DNA of 64,000 nt, taken from contig NW_002060959.1 of the NCBI RefSeq assembly GCF_000150275.1, positions 122,371-186,370 of the forward strand. The letters are read 5' to 3'. Under the pieces are notes generated by a model. It was not told the origin of the DNA and did not search any database. It saw only the letters and a list, made by a program, of their open reading frames with translations. The stretch's first letter is position 1; the number at the start of each line of letters is the position of its first letter. Shown here in pieces: positions 49,601-63,034 of the stretch. Source of the DNA: Trichoplax adhaerens (taxonomy: Eukaryota; Animalia; Placozoa). The translations under genes were made by a program, and so were the position numbers.

Positions 49601-52467
49601 TTACACCCGTTTAGCAAGATCAGTCTTTATAAAAGTGTTCATCTAAGTAATGGAAGTCATGGTATCTTCTATATTTTAGAATCGCAGATTTTATTATATT
49701 AGTAATGAATAAATAGGAATTTGAGCCCACAAAAATTAGCTAAGGTATTTCATTTTTAAACAGCAATTTTATTAATCCTTCGGAATAGTGAATTGCTACA
49801 AACTTTAATCTTTTATTCCTTCATTATGGTAAATAGTTTAAAACATCTACTACAAAATACATAGGAAACAGAGCACTGTAAATGGTAGAGCAAAAATCCT
49901 ACTACTAAATGGAGCTTTCTCTAAACTTCGTTATATCTTTGCTATAACCAAAGATGCTGGCTAATGCTTTATCAAACTATCCAAATATCTGTTGCAAAAG
50001 TAAGCAGATAGCTTCTAGAAAATTATAACTCTACTTTCCCGTTGTTAGCTCACCAATGAAACGATTTCGATGATCTAAGTAACGAGGATATCTCTATCGT
50101 TTAAGCAACAATGTAAGTTTTCTTATGTAGACTAAAGAAAATTTGATATTCGATCTTGAGCTTCTCATACAGTTTTAGGAATTCTTAAAGTATGGCATCA
50201 GAAGATTAACTGCTTTAAAATAGTTACAAAATAAAGAATAGACTAAGTATGCGTCCATTTTATACCGAATCGCTACCCTAAAGTTATATATATATATTCT
50301 TTATTGCCAAAATAAAATTAGTATGAAATAGTTTATTAGCAAATTAGATTAGCGTTACCTGTATCTGCAGGGAATCCATAACAACATACTAATTATTGCA
50401 TATGCACAATAACCATGGACCCCTGCTGTAACCCAAACGAGCTAAGCAAATAACATAGTCCATCGATCATCATTATTAAGACTGAAAGATGTAGCATAGC
50501 AGCACACAGTTTTAGTCGGCCATTTCAGGAGAATATGAAGATCACTTGCATTCTTTTCACTTGTATATTATCCTTATAATTGCTGAAGATTTAGTTAATT
50601 TTACATCGGTTGGCCGCATTAATCAAATCAAATATCTAGTTACAGATTAAAGCTGGCTGTAGTAAAATTTACGCATAGAACAGACGATATCGAAATTCAT
50701 AACTTTAAATAGCGTAGTAGTTAATGTAATATAAATTGCTTTTCTATACGCTACTTGCCCTTGTATGAGTATTATAATAGTAATAATGGACGAAAAAATT
50801 TACGAAAAACTATCAGCGATTGAAATCCAACACAAAACAGATTTAGAGGAAACACTAGTTTACTATAATTTGTAACATTAAATTTCTGAAATTACTTAAA
50901 AGAATAACAAAAGGGTTGAATTACTGCCTTGGTCAACCTAACCATCAACTTAAAAAAGATTACTTACGAATCTAAGAACAGCTTAATCATTGATTTTCTC
51001 ACTTCATACATTTTTCGCTAACTTAAACTGACAAACTACATCACCTTCCATATGCTATACAGAGTAGCTGGTAGTAGTGTAGTACCAAACTACTAAATTA
51101 TCACTGTAAGGTATTTTAAATAAAAACCGTCAATGTCTCACATATGACTCGATAAATTATACCTTAGATTCTCAAAAGTATTAAATTAATAATAATCATC
51201 GTTCCGTTTTACGTTGTACTTTCTGTAGGGTGCATATCATAACTGCAAAAATTCACCAAGATAGGCCAACAATCTTAAATTAAAACCCAGATCTGAACGT
51301 TCAGATTCACATTGTACTCTATCACAGAATAGCATAACTTCTATTCAATTTCATAATCAAAATTAGCTGCCAATTTTATCAGAATTGCATGGATGATATG
51401 CTGATTACATATATCGCTTAATTTGCAATTTCACATAGTATAATTCTTAGCAACTTTATGTTGCCGAATGCTGTTTAATTTTAACTCGAATAAAGTAGTC
51501 GGTTTTGTATTTGAAACCTTTGGTAGATAATGCACATATTACTTTATAATTTAGAGAATCTGATGATGTTGGGAAGCATTAACGCGTTATGTCTGTGGAA
51601 TGTCGAACACTATTTTGGAAATTAGATAATAGTGTTCTGTAGAGCTTGGATTTGTTCCTAATGCATTACCCTAATGGTAGCCTACGCAGATTTTTTTTCT
51701 CGATGATACAAGTATACGCCCTTTCTCTTGTTTGATTCTTATGTAATAGTGCTCCCACCACCTAAATAACTACTACTACAGTAAGAGACTTGAGTAAATT
51801 GCATAGTATATCATCTTTGTGATCTTCTACTTTTCGTGTCTTTTCGTGAGTAGTGCCGTACTAATATGTCTAAATCCCTAGGGAAAATGGCATGAAAGAC
51901 TAGCTACACAATACAAGCAAGATAGAGATTCTGCTCTGCTAATGAGCATTATTCTTCAATGAAATAGTAATTCGCGATTGTCTAACAAAACTACCTTTGC
52001 AAACTATAATATAAGATTGGCATTAATAGTCAGTTAACGTAGAATGATCAAAATTATTATCGTCATATCTTTCTAAAATCTAACTAAGTGACAAGAAAAA
52101 TTCTTGAAATAAATTAGTGACCGCCTTTCTATTATGCGTTACCTTACAGAATACGTAGCAGTTATTCCTTATCTCCCTTGGGAAAAATATTAGGGCACGA
52201 AATGATTGATACATCCAAGCCCTTCAAGAATTTATAAGTTGATTTTGTTGTTTGTCATACATTTTTAAATCATATGAACTTGTAAAAACTTTAGCTGCTT
52301 TAGTAGATAGCTCGCCAAATTGAAATTTACTTGTTATTATTCGAATAATTCTATAATCCTTAACTACAAAGTGGTGGAAAAAAACTCTCATAAATGCCAT
52401 CAGTGCTATATGAACTTTAGATTTGTGCAATTGGAATTTTGTATTCGCTTTAAGGCCATAAGAAAAT

Positions 52468-54108
52468 ATGGATCGTCGTGAAATTCAAGAAAAAAACTTC
52501 AAGCAGAGTGATTCCGAAGATGACAATCATGCCGATGATAAGTCATTACTGTTACAGGAAGGCAATAGCTTCTCAGATTTAAAACAAGCATTAAAATCGG
52601 ATCAAAAGTCGTTAACATTAACTATTGATCAAATGGTCGATAAGCTAGATGTTGGTTTATTCCATTTTCTAATAGTTCTTTTCTGCGGCCTAGCTTGCTC
52701 TGGTTACACTATAGTTACGGTAGCTTACAATTATATTATCGTTGTTGCTTGCGATCTGGATATTGAAACCTACAATAAAGGTCTACTAAATATTCTTTTA
52801 ATGATCGGCGTCTTAGTCGGTAGCGGAATAATAGGGCGATTAGGCGACGCTGTAGGCAGACGAACATGTATTTTGATATCAGTATCGCTCAGTATTATTA
52901 CTCTGATAGCTTCTGCTTTTACTTATAACTATACTATGTTGGTTGTACTGGGTTTCTTCAATGGATTTGGTTGTGGTGGTACTTTTACAATTGCACACGC
53001 TTATTGTATCGAATTTTTCCCTCAACGTTATCGTGGTAATGGACTAGCATGTATGACTACATTTTCATGTCTAGGTGGCTTATATACTAGTGCAATTGCA
53101 TTAGTCGTACTTCCTTATCCGTTATCTATTCCAATAGGTGTTATACATTTTAACAGCTGGCGTTTGTACTTAATTCTATCCTCGATTCCCTTAATATTAT
53201 CTTTCTGTTTCTTATTATTTATGCCTAACAGTCTACGTTTTATGGTAATAAAAGGAGATCAAAATCGTATAAGTCAAGTCTTGAATACAATAAACCGTGT
53301 TAATTCGTGGTGTTGCAAACGTAACGATTCTAGTCTTACAACTACAGACTTAACTAAATACACTATCATCGTATCGAGCGATCAAGGCGAGTTAAAGACT
53401 AATAAGAACGAAAATCGAGATTTTTTTTCTCATTATAAGAAATTTAATAAGTCACCATGGCGTCGTAGACTAATTTTTCTCCTCATTCTATGGTTTGGAA
53501 GTTGTTTTAGCACGGAAGGCCTATGGGTATGGATGCCAACAGTGATAACTTATTATACTACTGGAAAGACTTGTAAAATGGTGCATAATTCTTCATTGAA
53601 TAATAGCTATCAATATTATCCTAATAGTAGCATTTCTAATTGTATTTCTGGTCCGAAGCTAACATCTATAGTTCTTGATGTTTTCTACGGTAATCTTGTA
53701 GCTCTTCCTATTGGTATAGCTTTTACTATTTTGATTAATCGAATTGGACGAAAATGGTGCTGCTGTTTTGTTATTACCATGTCTGGTCTGATTGCTCTAT
53801 TGATTATGTGGATCGATACTGTACTAAGTACCTTTATTTTAGCTGGATTATATTACGCTATAGCCAATAACTTATGGCTAGGTATTAAAATTTGGACAGC
53901 AGAGCTATTTCCAACTGACTTACGAGCGACTACTCTTGGTCTTACAGCTCTCCTGGGCTGTTTAGGGACAGTTTGTTCTCTCGCAATCTTTACGGTCCTT
54001 TTTCATGTCAATTGCATAGCTAATCTATTACTAGTAGCAGCAGTTGGTATATTAAGTGGAATAGTATGCTTATTTCTACCAGACACTACTAACACAGATA
54101 TTCTATGA
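52468..54108 (+). CDS. SV2/SVOP-like MFS transporter (546 aa)
   Basis: GRLGDAVGRR, ACDL, EFFPQRYRG, ELFPTDLRA, LPDT. Confidence 0.9.
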   Translation: MDRREIQEKNFKQSDSEDDNHADDKSLLLQEGNSFSDLKQALKSDQKSLTLTIDQMVDKLDVGLFHFLIVLFCGLACSGYTIVTVAYNYIIVVACDLDIETYNKGLLNILLMIGVLVGSGIIGRLGDAVGRRTCILISVSLSIITLIASAFTYNYTMLVVLGFFNGFGCGGTFTIAHAYCIEFFPQRYRGNGLACMTTFSCLGGLYTSAIALVVLPYPLSIPIGVIHFNSWRLYLILSSIPLILSFCFLLFMPNSLRFMVIKGDQNRISQVLNTINRVNSWCCKRNDSSLTTTDLTKYTIIVSSDQGELKTNKNENRDFFSHYKKFNKSPWRRRLIFLLILWFGSCFSTEGLWVWMPTVITYYTTGKTCKMVHNSSLNNSYQYYPNSSISNCISGPKLTSIVLDVFYGNLVALPIGIAFTILINRIGRKWCCCFVITMSGLIALLIMWIDTVLSTFILAGLYYAIANNLWLGIKIWTAELFPTDLRATTLGLTALLGCLGTVCSLAIFTVLFHVNCIANLLLVAAVGILSGIVCLFLPDTTNTDIL

Positions 54109-56909
54109 AGGATGAATATACAGTAGTAGAATTTAAAATATCGAATTTAAGCAGCTATCTGTACAAAGGCATATTCTAAAAAGTAGATAGATTTGTAAAA
54201 ATATTAACTCAACATCTACCAAATTAACTTCTTTCTATATGCAGAGATTTAATTTTAGTGTATGAATAGATTTAGTTATGACATATTCTTATTGCATATT
54301 ATTCCGTCGACAAGTCTCTTATAAGCTAATTTTACTTTTAAACTAGAAAATGCCTAATTAGATCCAATATTAATATCATTTATAAGATGAATTTTATTTC
54401 GCGATTATCTTAAATTTCTTATAATTAATAACGTTTTCATTGAAAAGTCATAGATGCAGGATTATAACGCTAATAATTACAATAATATTAATGAATCTTA
54501 TAGATTAAAGTAATAGTTTTATTAGTGAATGCAATTTGCATCCAATCGCTTTTGCACTTGATGGTTTTTCTTCAATCTTTCAAATAATTAGTTCAAGTAT
54601 GTCTTCCATTTATATGGTATACATGGCTACTATGCTTAAGCATACGTTTAAAAGTAGTATTTGCGATGTGTAATAAAATTAATGATCTGTCTACGTACTG
54701 TTGCTTCTTGAAATACCTTGCTACTGAATGAAAAGAAACAATTTGAGTTCTGCTGTCTTCATTTTGTGTATTGGATAAATAATTAAAATGATCCATTTCA
54801 TTTAAAATAGTTCAAAAAATAAATAAAATGAGCCAATTTGAGGATTTGACTTGAACACATCATTAATAAATTCATTTTTACCTATAGTAATAGGGGAAGT
54901 GTTATGGTGTTGCCTTGTCATTAGGATAGTTTAATAAGTACAGTAGTAGTTAGTATGGAGAATATCCATATTTGTAGTGCTGGGTAAGATAAGTAATGCC
55001 TTAACATGGATGTTGTTTGTAATAGTTCATTACATATTTGATATTGATTGTTATTGTGTGATGGATAGCAGTAGGATGATTCAAGTTCTAGTTGATGATA
55101 GTTGAATTAGACAACCTACGAGCTTAGATTAAGATTAAATATGCGTAAGAGATTCAAAATATTTACTGATAGAAAAGCTATGTAAGGAGCATCTTAGTTC
55201 GAGATGATTCTCCTAGTAAGGTATAATAATAATACTGTTGTTGTTTACAAATTAGACGGTTCCTATATAAACGGGAACATTTGAGTTGAGAGGGTGGTAA
55301 AAACTTGTAGATATGTCTTTGCTAATAAAAGCTTCATCTTTACAGTCTTTTGCTGTGTGTGTTTAACGTTAAGTAAAAGGGCGTTTAAGCCAGTAGCTAC
55401 TTATAGACTTTTACTGTACGTTACCTTGTCGCAGAAGTGAAATTGTGACAGGAAGTTTGATTTAAATTGTTTCACTCAATTCTCATTACAAGCGGAGTTT
55501 CAGCCAATACGATTATTTATGCTCATTAATTAAAGGACTTTTCTTTTATTTCATTTATTGCAGCCAATGGAGGTATGATTTGGGGTAGCTTTTAATAAGT
55601 AATAATTTTGATTTACTAAATGAAAATACCACGTAGTTTCTTCTTTTCCTTATAGTGCAGCCCATAAAGTAGCTTAATAGATTACAGAAAACCATAAATG
55701 TATTTGTAAAAGTGTAAGATTAGCACGGTATGTACGAGATTGAAGAATAATTTGGATCTTAAGATTATGTTAAGCGTGTATCTGTACTAAATAGCTATAA
55801 TAAATATTGTAGCTTTGATTAGGAATGTCTTATTCAAGTGGTTGGACATGAGAGATTACGAAAGTATTTGGATGTTAGATTAATCAGAATTAATAGGTCT
55901 AAATATGGTTGAATTATAATTAATGCAAACAAGAAGGAGATTTCTTTTCCCTTAGTTAGTCTTGTTCTAGGTTGAAGTAGTAATTTATTTAAGCATTATT
56001 ATTGTTTGAGCAAGTCTGGAATTCTCAATTACAAAGTAAAAAAGAAAGAAATTTCTTAATGATGTTATCATTCCTACTTGAACTTTGCATTTTTGCAACT
56101 AGAATTACTTATTTGCTTCAAGGACATCATAGAATATGAATCGTCGTGAAATCATTGTTAATACATCTGCAGGAAAGTCAAGTGGATTAAAATTTAGATC
56201 ACCCTTGCAATCCTCTATTTTAGTATCTTTACTAGAATGATTTTTTAATATGACGTCTAAAAGGTTAATCCCTATGGAAAAGGGCATGAAAGACTAAACA
56301 TAAAATAACATATAGGTATAGAATCTGTCCTGTCTATGAGCGGCCTTTTTCAATGGAATTGTTTAACGCAATTGAATAACCTATTACTTAAAATAGTAAA
56401 CTATAAAATAAGATTTGCATTCATAGACTATTAACGTAGAATGATCAAAATTAGTGTCATCGCATCATTCTAAAATCCGACTAAGCAATGGGAAAAATTT
56501 CGAAAATAAATCGGTAACTACCTTGCAATTATTCATTACTTCACTTTAGAAAAATTTAGAGTACGAAATCTTTTAGAAATTTGTTCAAAATTGCTTATAC
56601 TTTAATTTTATGATTGTGGTACTTTTGCAATCGTTTGAACAAGTTAATTTACCAAATTGGTAGAGCGAAGGACTTGTTTACTGAATAAATTGGATCGTAT
56701 TTAATTCATGTAAGTGACTGTTACTTGTGAGTCTCCATCTACACTCTCAAAACTTCCCCTCATAGAGCTTCAACAATCATTCCAGTAAGTCTTAATCCTC
56801 AATTACGAAGTTATCAAAGAAATAAATTTCTCATGCGTGCTGTTATTGCTATCGAATTTTACATTTCTGCAATTAGAATAATGTATTAGCTTTATAGATA
56901 TGAGAAAAT

Positions 56910-58550
56910 ATGGATCGTCGTGAAATTCAAGAAAAAAACTTTAAGCAGAGTGATTCCGAAGATGACAATCATGCCGATGATAAGTCATTACTGTTACAGG
57001 AAGGCAATAGCTTCTCAGATTTAAAACAAGCATTAAAATCGGATCAAAAGTCGTTAACATTAACTATTGATCAAATGGTCGATAAGCTAGATGTTGGTTT
57101 ATTCCATTTTCTAATAGTTCTTTTCTGCGGCCTAGCTTACTCTGGTTACACTATAGTTACGGTAGCTTACAGTTATATTATCGTTGTTGCTTGCGATCTG
57201 GATATTGAAACCTACAATAAAGGTCTACTAAATATTCTTTTAATGATCGGCGCCTTGGTCGGTAGCGGAATAATAGGGCGACTAAGCGACGCCGAAGGCA
57301 GACGAACATGTATTTTGATGTCAGTATCGCTCAGTATTATTACTCTGATAGCTTCTGCTTTTACTTATAACTATACTATGTTGGTTGTACTGGGTTTCTT
57401 CAATGGATTTGGTTGTGGTGGTACTTTTACAATTGCACACGCTTATTGTATCGAATTTTTCCCTCAACGTTATCGTGGTAATGGACTAGCATGTATGACT
57501 ACATTTTCATGTCTAGGTGGCTTATATACTAGTGCAATTGCATTAGTCGTACTTCCTTATCCGTTATCTATTCCAATAGGTGTTATACATTTTAACAGCT
57601 GGCGTTTATACTTAATTCTATCCTCGATTCCCTTAATATTATCTTTCTGTTTCTTATTATTTATGCCTAACAGTCTACGTTTTATGGTAATAAAAGGAGA
57701 TCAAAATCGTATAAGTCAAGTCTTGAATACAATAAACCGTGTTAATTCGTGGTGTTGCAAACGTAACGATTCTAGTCTTACAACTACAGACTTAACTAAA
57801 TACACTATCATCGTATCGAGCGATCAAGGCGAGTTAAAGACTAATAAGAACGAAAATCGAGATTTTTTTTCTCATTATAAGAAATTTAATAAGTCACCAT
57901 GGCGTCGTAGACTAATTTTTCTCCTCATTCTATGGTTTGGAAGTTGTTTCAGTATGGAAGGCCTATGGATATGGATGCCAACAGTGATAACTTATTATAC
58001 TACTGGAAAGACTTGTAAAATGGTGCATAATTCTTCATTGAATAATAGCTATCAATATTATCCTAATAGTAGCATTTCTAATTGTATTTCTGGTCCGAAG
58101 CTAACATCTATAGTTCTTGATGTTTTCTACGGTAATCTTGTAGCTCTTCCTATTGGTATAGCTTTTACTATTTTGATTAATCGAATTGGACGAAAATGGT
58201 GCTGCTGTTTTGTTATTACCATGTCTGGTCTGATTGCTCTATTGATTATGTGGATCGATACTGTACTAAGTACCTTTATTTTAGCTGGATTATATTACGC
58301 TATAGCCAATAACTTATGGCTAGGTATTAAAATTTGGACAGCAGAGCTATTTCCAACTGACTTACGAGCGACTACTCTTGGTCTTACAGCTCTCCTGGGC
58401 TGTTTAGGGACAGTTTGTTCTCTCGCAATCTTTACGGTCCTTTTTCATGTCAATTGCATAGCTAATCTATTACTAGTAGCAGCAGTTGGTATATTAAGTG
58501 GAATAGTATGCTTATTTCTACCAGACACTACTAACACAGATATTCTATGA
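56910..58550 (+). CDS. SV2/SVOP-like MFS transporter (546 aa), near-identical to 52468 gene
   Basis: 8 amino-acid differences from the 52468 copy; intact ORF. Confidence 0.9.
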   Translation: MDRREIQEKNFKQSDSEDDNHADDKSLLLQEGNSFSDLKQALKSDQKSLTLTIDQMVDKLDVGLFHFLIVLFCGLAYSGYTIVTVAYSYIIVVACDLDIETYNKGLLNILLMIGALVGSGIIGRLSDAEGRRTCILMSVSLSIITLIASAFTYNYTMLVVLGFFNGFGCGGTFTIAHAYCIEFFPQRYRGNGLACMTTFSCLGGLYTSAIALVVLPYPLSIPIGVIHFNSWRLYLILSSIPLILSFCFLLFMPNSLRFMVIKGDQNRISQVLNTINRVNSWCCKRNDSSLTTTDLTKYTIIVSSDQGELKTNKNENRDFFSHYKKFNKSPWRRRLIFLLILWFGSCFSMEGLWIWMPTVITYYTTGKTCKMVHNSSLNNSYQYYPNSSISNCISGPKLTSIVLDVFYGNLVALPIGIAFTILINRIGRKWCCCFVITMSGLIALLIMWIDTVLSTFILAGLYYAIANNLWLGIKIWTAELFPTDLRATTLGLTALLGCLGTVCSLAIFTVLFHVNCIANLLLVAAVGILSGIVCLFLPDTTNTDIL

Positions 58551-58612
58551 AGGATGAATATACAGTAGTAGAATTTAAAATATCGAATTTAATCAATCAT
58601 CTATACTAAAGC

Positions 58613-59172
58613 TGTAAAGTAACTTAGAATTGTGATTGCAGATTATTAGCCATGATGTACGGCAGTGTCATTTCTATATTTATCTTATGATATATTTATT
58701 AGCCCATAATTTTGGACGGTAAGGACAGACTCTGTGCTAGAGTACAGATGAACATATACACAGTACAGTAAGGTGTTGAGTCATTAATAAGGTTAGAGGT
58801 AGAAATAGTATTTAAAATCATATCTTAGGATATGCTTAGTTAATTGTGCTTTGTGTGGTATGAATAATATCTACGAAAATGCTGTAATCATTTTTATATT
58901 GGATTAATAAGCTTCGCTTTAAAATATTCTGACTAATACTAAGCTGAATATGTGTAAAATATGTGTAAAATATGTTAAAATACTCCTATACTGATTGTAG
59001 CTGCGAAGGCTAAGGGGTATGTAAAAGTAGGAGGCATTAGATTATCTGATTGTTCTTTCTAGAAGTCTTTCAGAAGTTGTATTCCGCTAGAGTAGAGGTG
59101 TGTGTATAGCTAGTCTTTGTATTAGATTTGACAAAGATCTAATTTTCTACAACTTTGGAATTTTCGTGATCT
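58613..59172 (+). mobile_element. Old diverged solo LTR (family A)
   Basis: Starts tgtaaagtaacttagaattgtgattg and is collinear with 23058-23607 throughout. The 3' terminus and TSD are eroded. Absent from the paralogous flank after 54108. Confidence 0.75.
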
Positions 59173-62100
59173 AATTTTATCTTAGAGGCATAATCTAAAA
59201 AGTGAATAGAATTGCAATAATATTATTAACTCAGTATCTATCAAGTAGAGTTTCTATCAACATCATAAATTTAATCTTATTATATGAATAGATTTATTTG
59301 TCATATATTTTCTACTGTAAATTACTAAGTGGAAAAATTCTTATAATCTAAATTTACTTTTAACTAGATAATAGATAATGAGGTTTAAGTGTTAATATCA
59401 TTTCTATGATAAATTTCATGCAGAGATTATCATAAATTTTTTATGATGAATAACGTTTCATTAGCATGCAATAGATGCAGGATTAGAACAGAAATTATTA
59501 TGAGAGCATTTAATAAATCCTATAGATTGAGGTATTTGTTCTATTAATGATGGCTTTAACTTTGATCTTTGAAACAATTCACAAAAATAAAGCTTCATTT
59601 TATAAGGCACTACACTAGAAGACCCCTCACTCGACTACGTGATTACGTATCATTCTCAAGTGTAGTATATTTAAATCTTTCTGTAAGCTCTTAACCTATT
59701 CTTGAATTTACGCATTCTATATTCTTCTTAATATAAGCATTTTTACAGTCTGTTCTAAATATATGTCAAGTATAGCTTTTTATGTTTAGTAATTCATAGC
59801 GCCAATAATCTTCACTATTTTCTACGACCATGTACTATTGCTTAATCTATTATGGTAATTCTCGTATCTAATTCTACAATCCTGTTCTCTGCATACTTTC
59901 TATGTCAAGGCTATACATATTTATGGTTTTTGTCTCAGATTTATTATTTGTCCTTATTAGTCTTAGTATCTATGCAAGTTCCTCCATGACAACTTATACG
60001 CTGATCTACTAGTAACTATCGCACTGTACCCAGTACTATCTACAATAAAGTATCCATTTTTCTAGTAGAACCTCTATAGTAATTCTATAAAAGGCTTATA
60101 AGTCCGCATTGGCTGATTCTCCGAATCCTCTATCACATCAATTAAACGTTAAATAATACTTTTCGTGATACGGAGCAAAAAATTAAATATCTTTCCCAAT
60201 GCGCGTACAGTCACTTTTCAATTGTCTAAGTGCTTTTTATAAATAAACTATACTGTTTAGCTCTTAAAATTTCTTGTTATGGATTGATAACCATTTAGTT
60301 TAAAAGATTTGAAAGAATACTTGAAATCTATTGATTTGCAGATTTAACTTGAACACAGTATTATTAATTAATGAACTATTTAATTTCTATGAATTGTCAA
60401 GTGGAACTTTAATACATACCGTTTCAACAGATATTCACTACAAGCACGGTATCAGCATATACGATTAATTATGGTCGTTAATTTAAGGACGCTTCCTGTA
60501 TTTCATATCCTGTACCCAATCAGGATTGATTAAAGACAATTTTCGATAGAAATTAATTTTAGTTCATTAAAATAATAATGATATCATGTAGCTTTTTCCT
60601 TCATCTATGCAATTCTTAGGGAGGAAAGTAGCCTATCAAGGTATTAAAAATCGAAATTTGTAACATAGAAAAATTGCATCTATTATTGGAATTATGCTAA
60701 GAGTCTACTGCCAGCTTCGTCCTGCCCGATATTTACTGGTAGTACGACTCAAATTACGGATGATCTCTTGCGGGTAAGTCCGATACCTTGATGTCTGGTA
60801 TTATATTGTTAAAATACTATAGGGCATAGTTAGCTTTAGTTAAATTAATTAGTTGGTAAGCTTATTAACGTTGCGACTTAATTTGCTGTAGAAGATCAAT
60901 CTTAAGTAGTTTACGAGCTATAGTTGTAATAAATGTAAATTCGCAGATAAATTATCTAATGGAATCTATTAACAGCTACCCAAAAGTTACTCCGTAATAT
61001 AAAGTTACAATCATTAACATTACTAGTTTATAAGGTTGAATTTACTTGGTAGTAATCATTAAAATAGAGACTTCAACCATAACTTTAATCGATGGCTTAA
61101 AAGTATTGATAGTTTACGGAAGTCATCAATAAATTAGTAGAAATTATGAGTGAATTACATGAAATGGAAAGAAGAATTTATAAGTTACCTTAGTATACAC
61201 GAATAAGCTAATCAGTTGTGTGAATATGTATATGAACGTGACCGTTATATATTAAAGAATATCACACAGGAAATGTATGCAATAAGACCGTATTAGATCT
61301 TATCTCTCCCTTCCGTTTCGATTTAGTATTGTGCATAGACGAAACGCTGATCGGACATTTGCAGAAATATTCGTGGATATTAGAGTACCTAGTATGCAGT
61401 CATAATGTGATGTTGCATATATTCATATAAATTATAGTTAATGAACTTAGACCAATTTCTACTAAAATCAATAAAGTCTAGTGCTACAACAGACTAGTTA
61501 CGGTATATTGAAGTAATCATAAATATAGCTTTGCAACTACCACGATTCGATAATATCCTTATTTGAAATGGAATATGGCGCAGACGATTAAGGAGGCTAC
61601 AAAAATTTATTTTAATTCACATAAAATAGATTTAAATTAATTATTCATTCTGATCTTATTACATTGGATAAATCCATTATTCTAATAGTTAATTTATAAT
61701 AATAGCATGATCAAACACAAAATAGAACAAAATCTTCAATTTGCAAATCATCATCATATCTATTTTAAAGCAGCACATGCAATTCTCTTCACTAGTTTTA
61801 ACGCAAATTAAAATGTTTATCATTTTTAATGGTTCTAATTTCAAATACAATGTTAGTTAATTTTCTAAAATTAAGTCAACAAAGTTCGACATACTTCAAA
61901 GGATCTTATGACAATGCTGAGAGTTTATTTATGATCTTATATGCGTAGATAGTATTCGAAGCAGTATGTTAAATTAGATTCAGGCATAATGAAGATAGTT
62001 TATAATTACCAAAGAAGTAGCAGCCTTACAGCAAAATTACTTCATTAACTACCTTATGGGCGTCACCAAATGTGATGGGATGTACGCAATCTTACTCATT

Positions 62101-63034
62101 CGAATGAATTTTAATGCTATGTTTGGATAGGGAAGTTTGACAAAAGAAATTATCGAGAGACTTTGGTACCAAAGCTGCTTGTATCAGTGTGTTTTATACT
62201 GTTTCTGCTACATGATTAATGTTATCTATCAATAATTATACAATTGGTCAAATTAGGCGTAGCCATACTAGTACATTATTCAAATTCTGAATTAATCGTA
62301 CAAAAAACGAAGACAGTTTTCGAAGAATCTAACAATAAATCGAAGGCATTGGCTTTTATATTTATGGCACCCATTCTACTTAAAATGATACTATCATCGT
62401 AAGGAAGCCTTTCAACTTCGATTCTATTCCATAGAATTATCAAGTTCATTAGCATTTCAACAATACAAAAAGCTGGTTAGCGGTCTTAAACAATACTATT
62501 AGCATATGCGTGGACTACGTAAGAACGACGTTTTTGATCCTTATTAAGAAGGCTTTATGTGATTGTTATTTATCTTATTTTATTATGGAAAGATAGTAGA
62601 AACACAATTAATTGCAACTATGATTCAACAAATCCCATGAAAGACATACATTATCGAAAAGTACAACGAATTAATGCCGGAATCCAATGAATCTAATAGA
62701 AGATATACATCACATAATGGTTAACAGTGTGATCATTCATTTAGTGGCCTGAGAGAAAATAATCTCATTATTGCTGTTTTCTGGTCCCAAGAGAAATATT
62801 TTATCTTGTTCTACTATCATTATACTAAAAGTCTAACGATTTGGCCGACAATTTATTCTTGTCATTAATTACAGGTGGAAATAGTGGAATTTTAAACTGC
62901 ACGTTTTAGGACATAACATTTCCGTTGTCAAGATCGTCAACAGAGGAAAAATATCATTTAATGTTTTCTGAAGGAGAGGTTTAAAATCGTTTTAAAATTC
63001 GCCATAAATTAGAGCTGGACACCAGTATGTGGAG

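Noticed and set aside
61800-62800. Possible decayed coding sequence upstream of the last transporter
   Set aside because: The frames I tried had frequent stops and no recognisable family motif.
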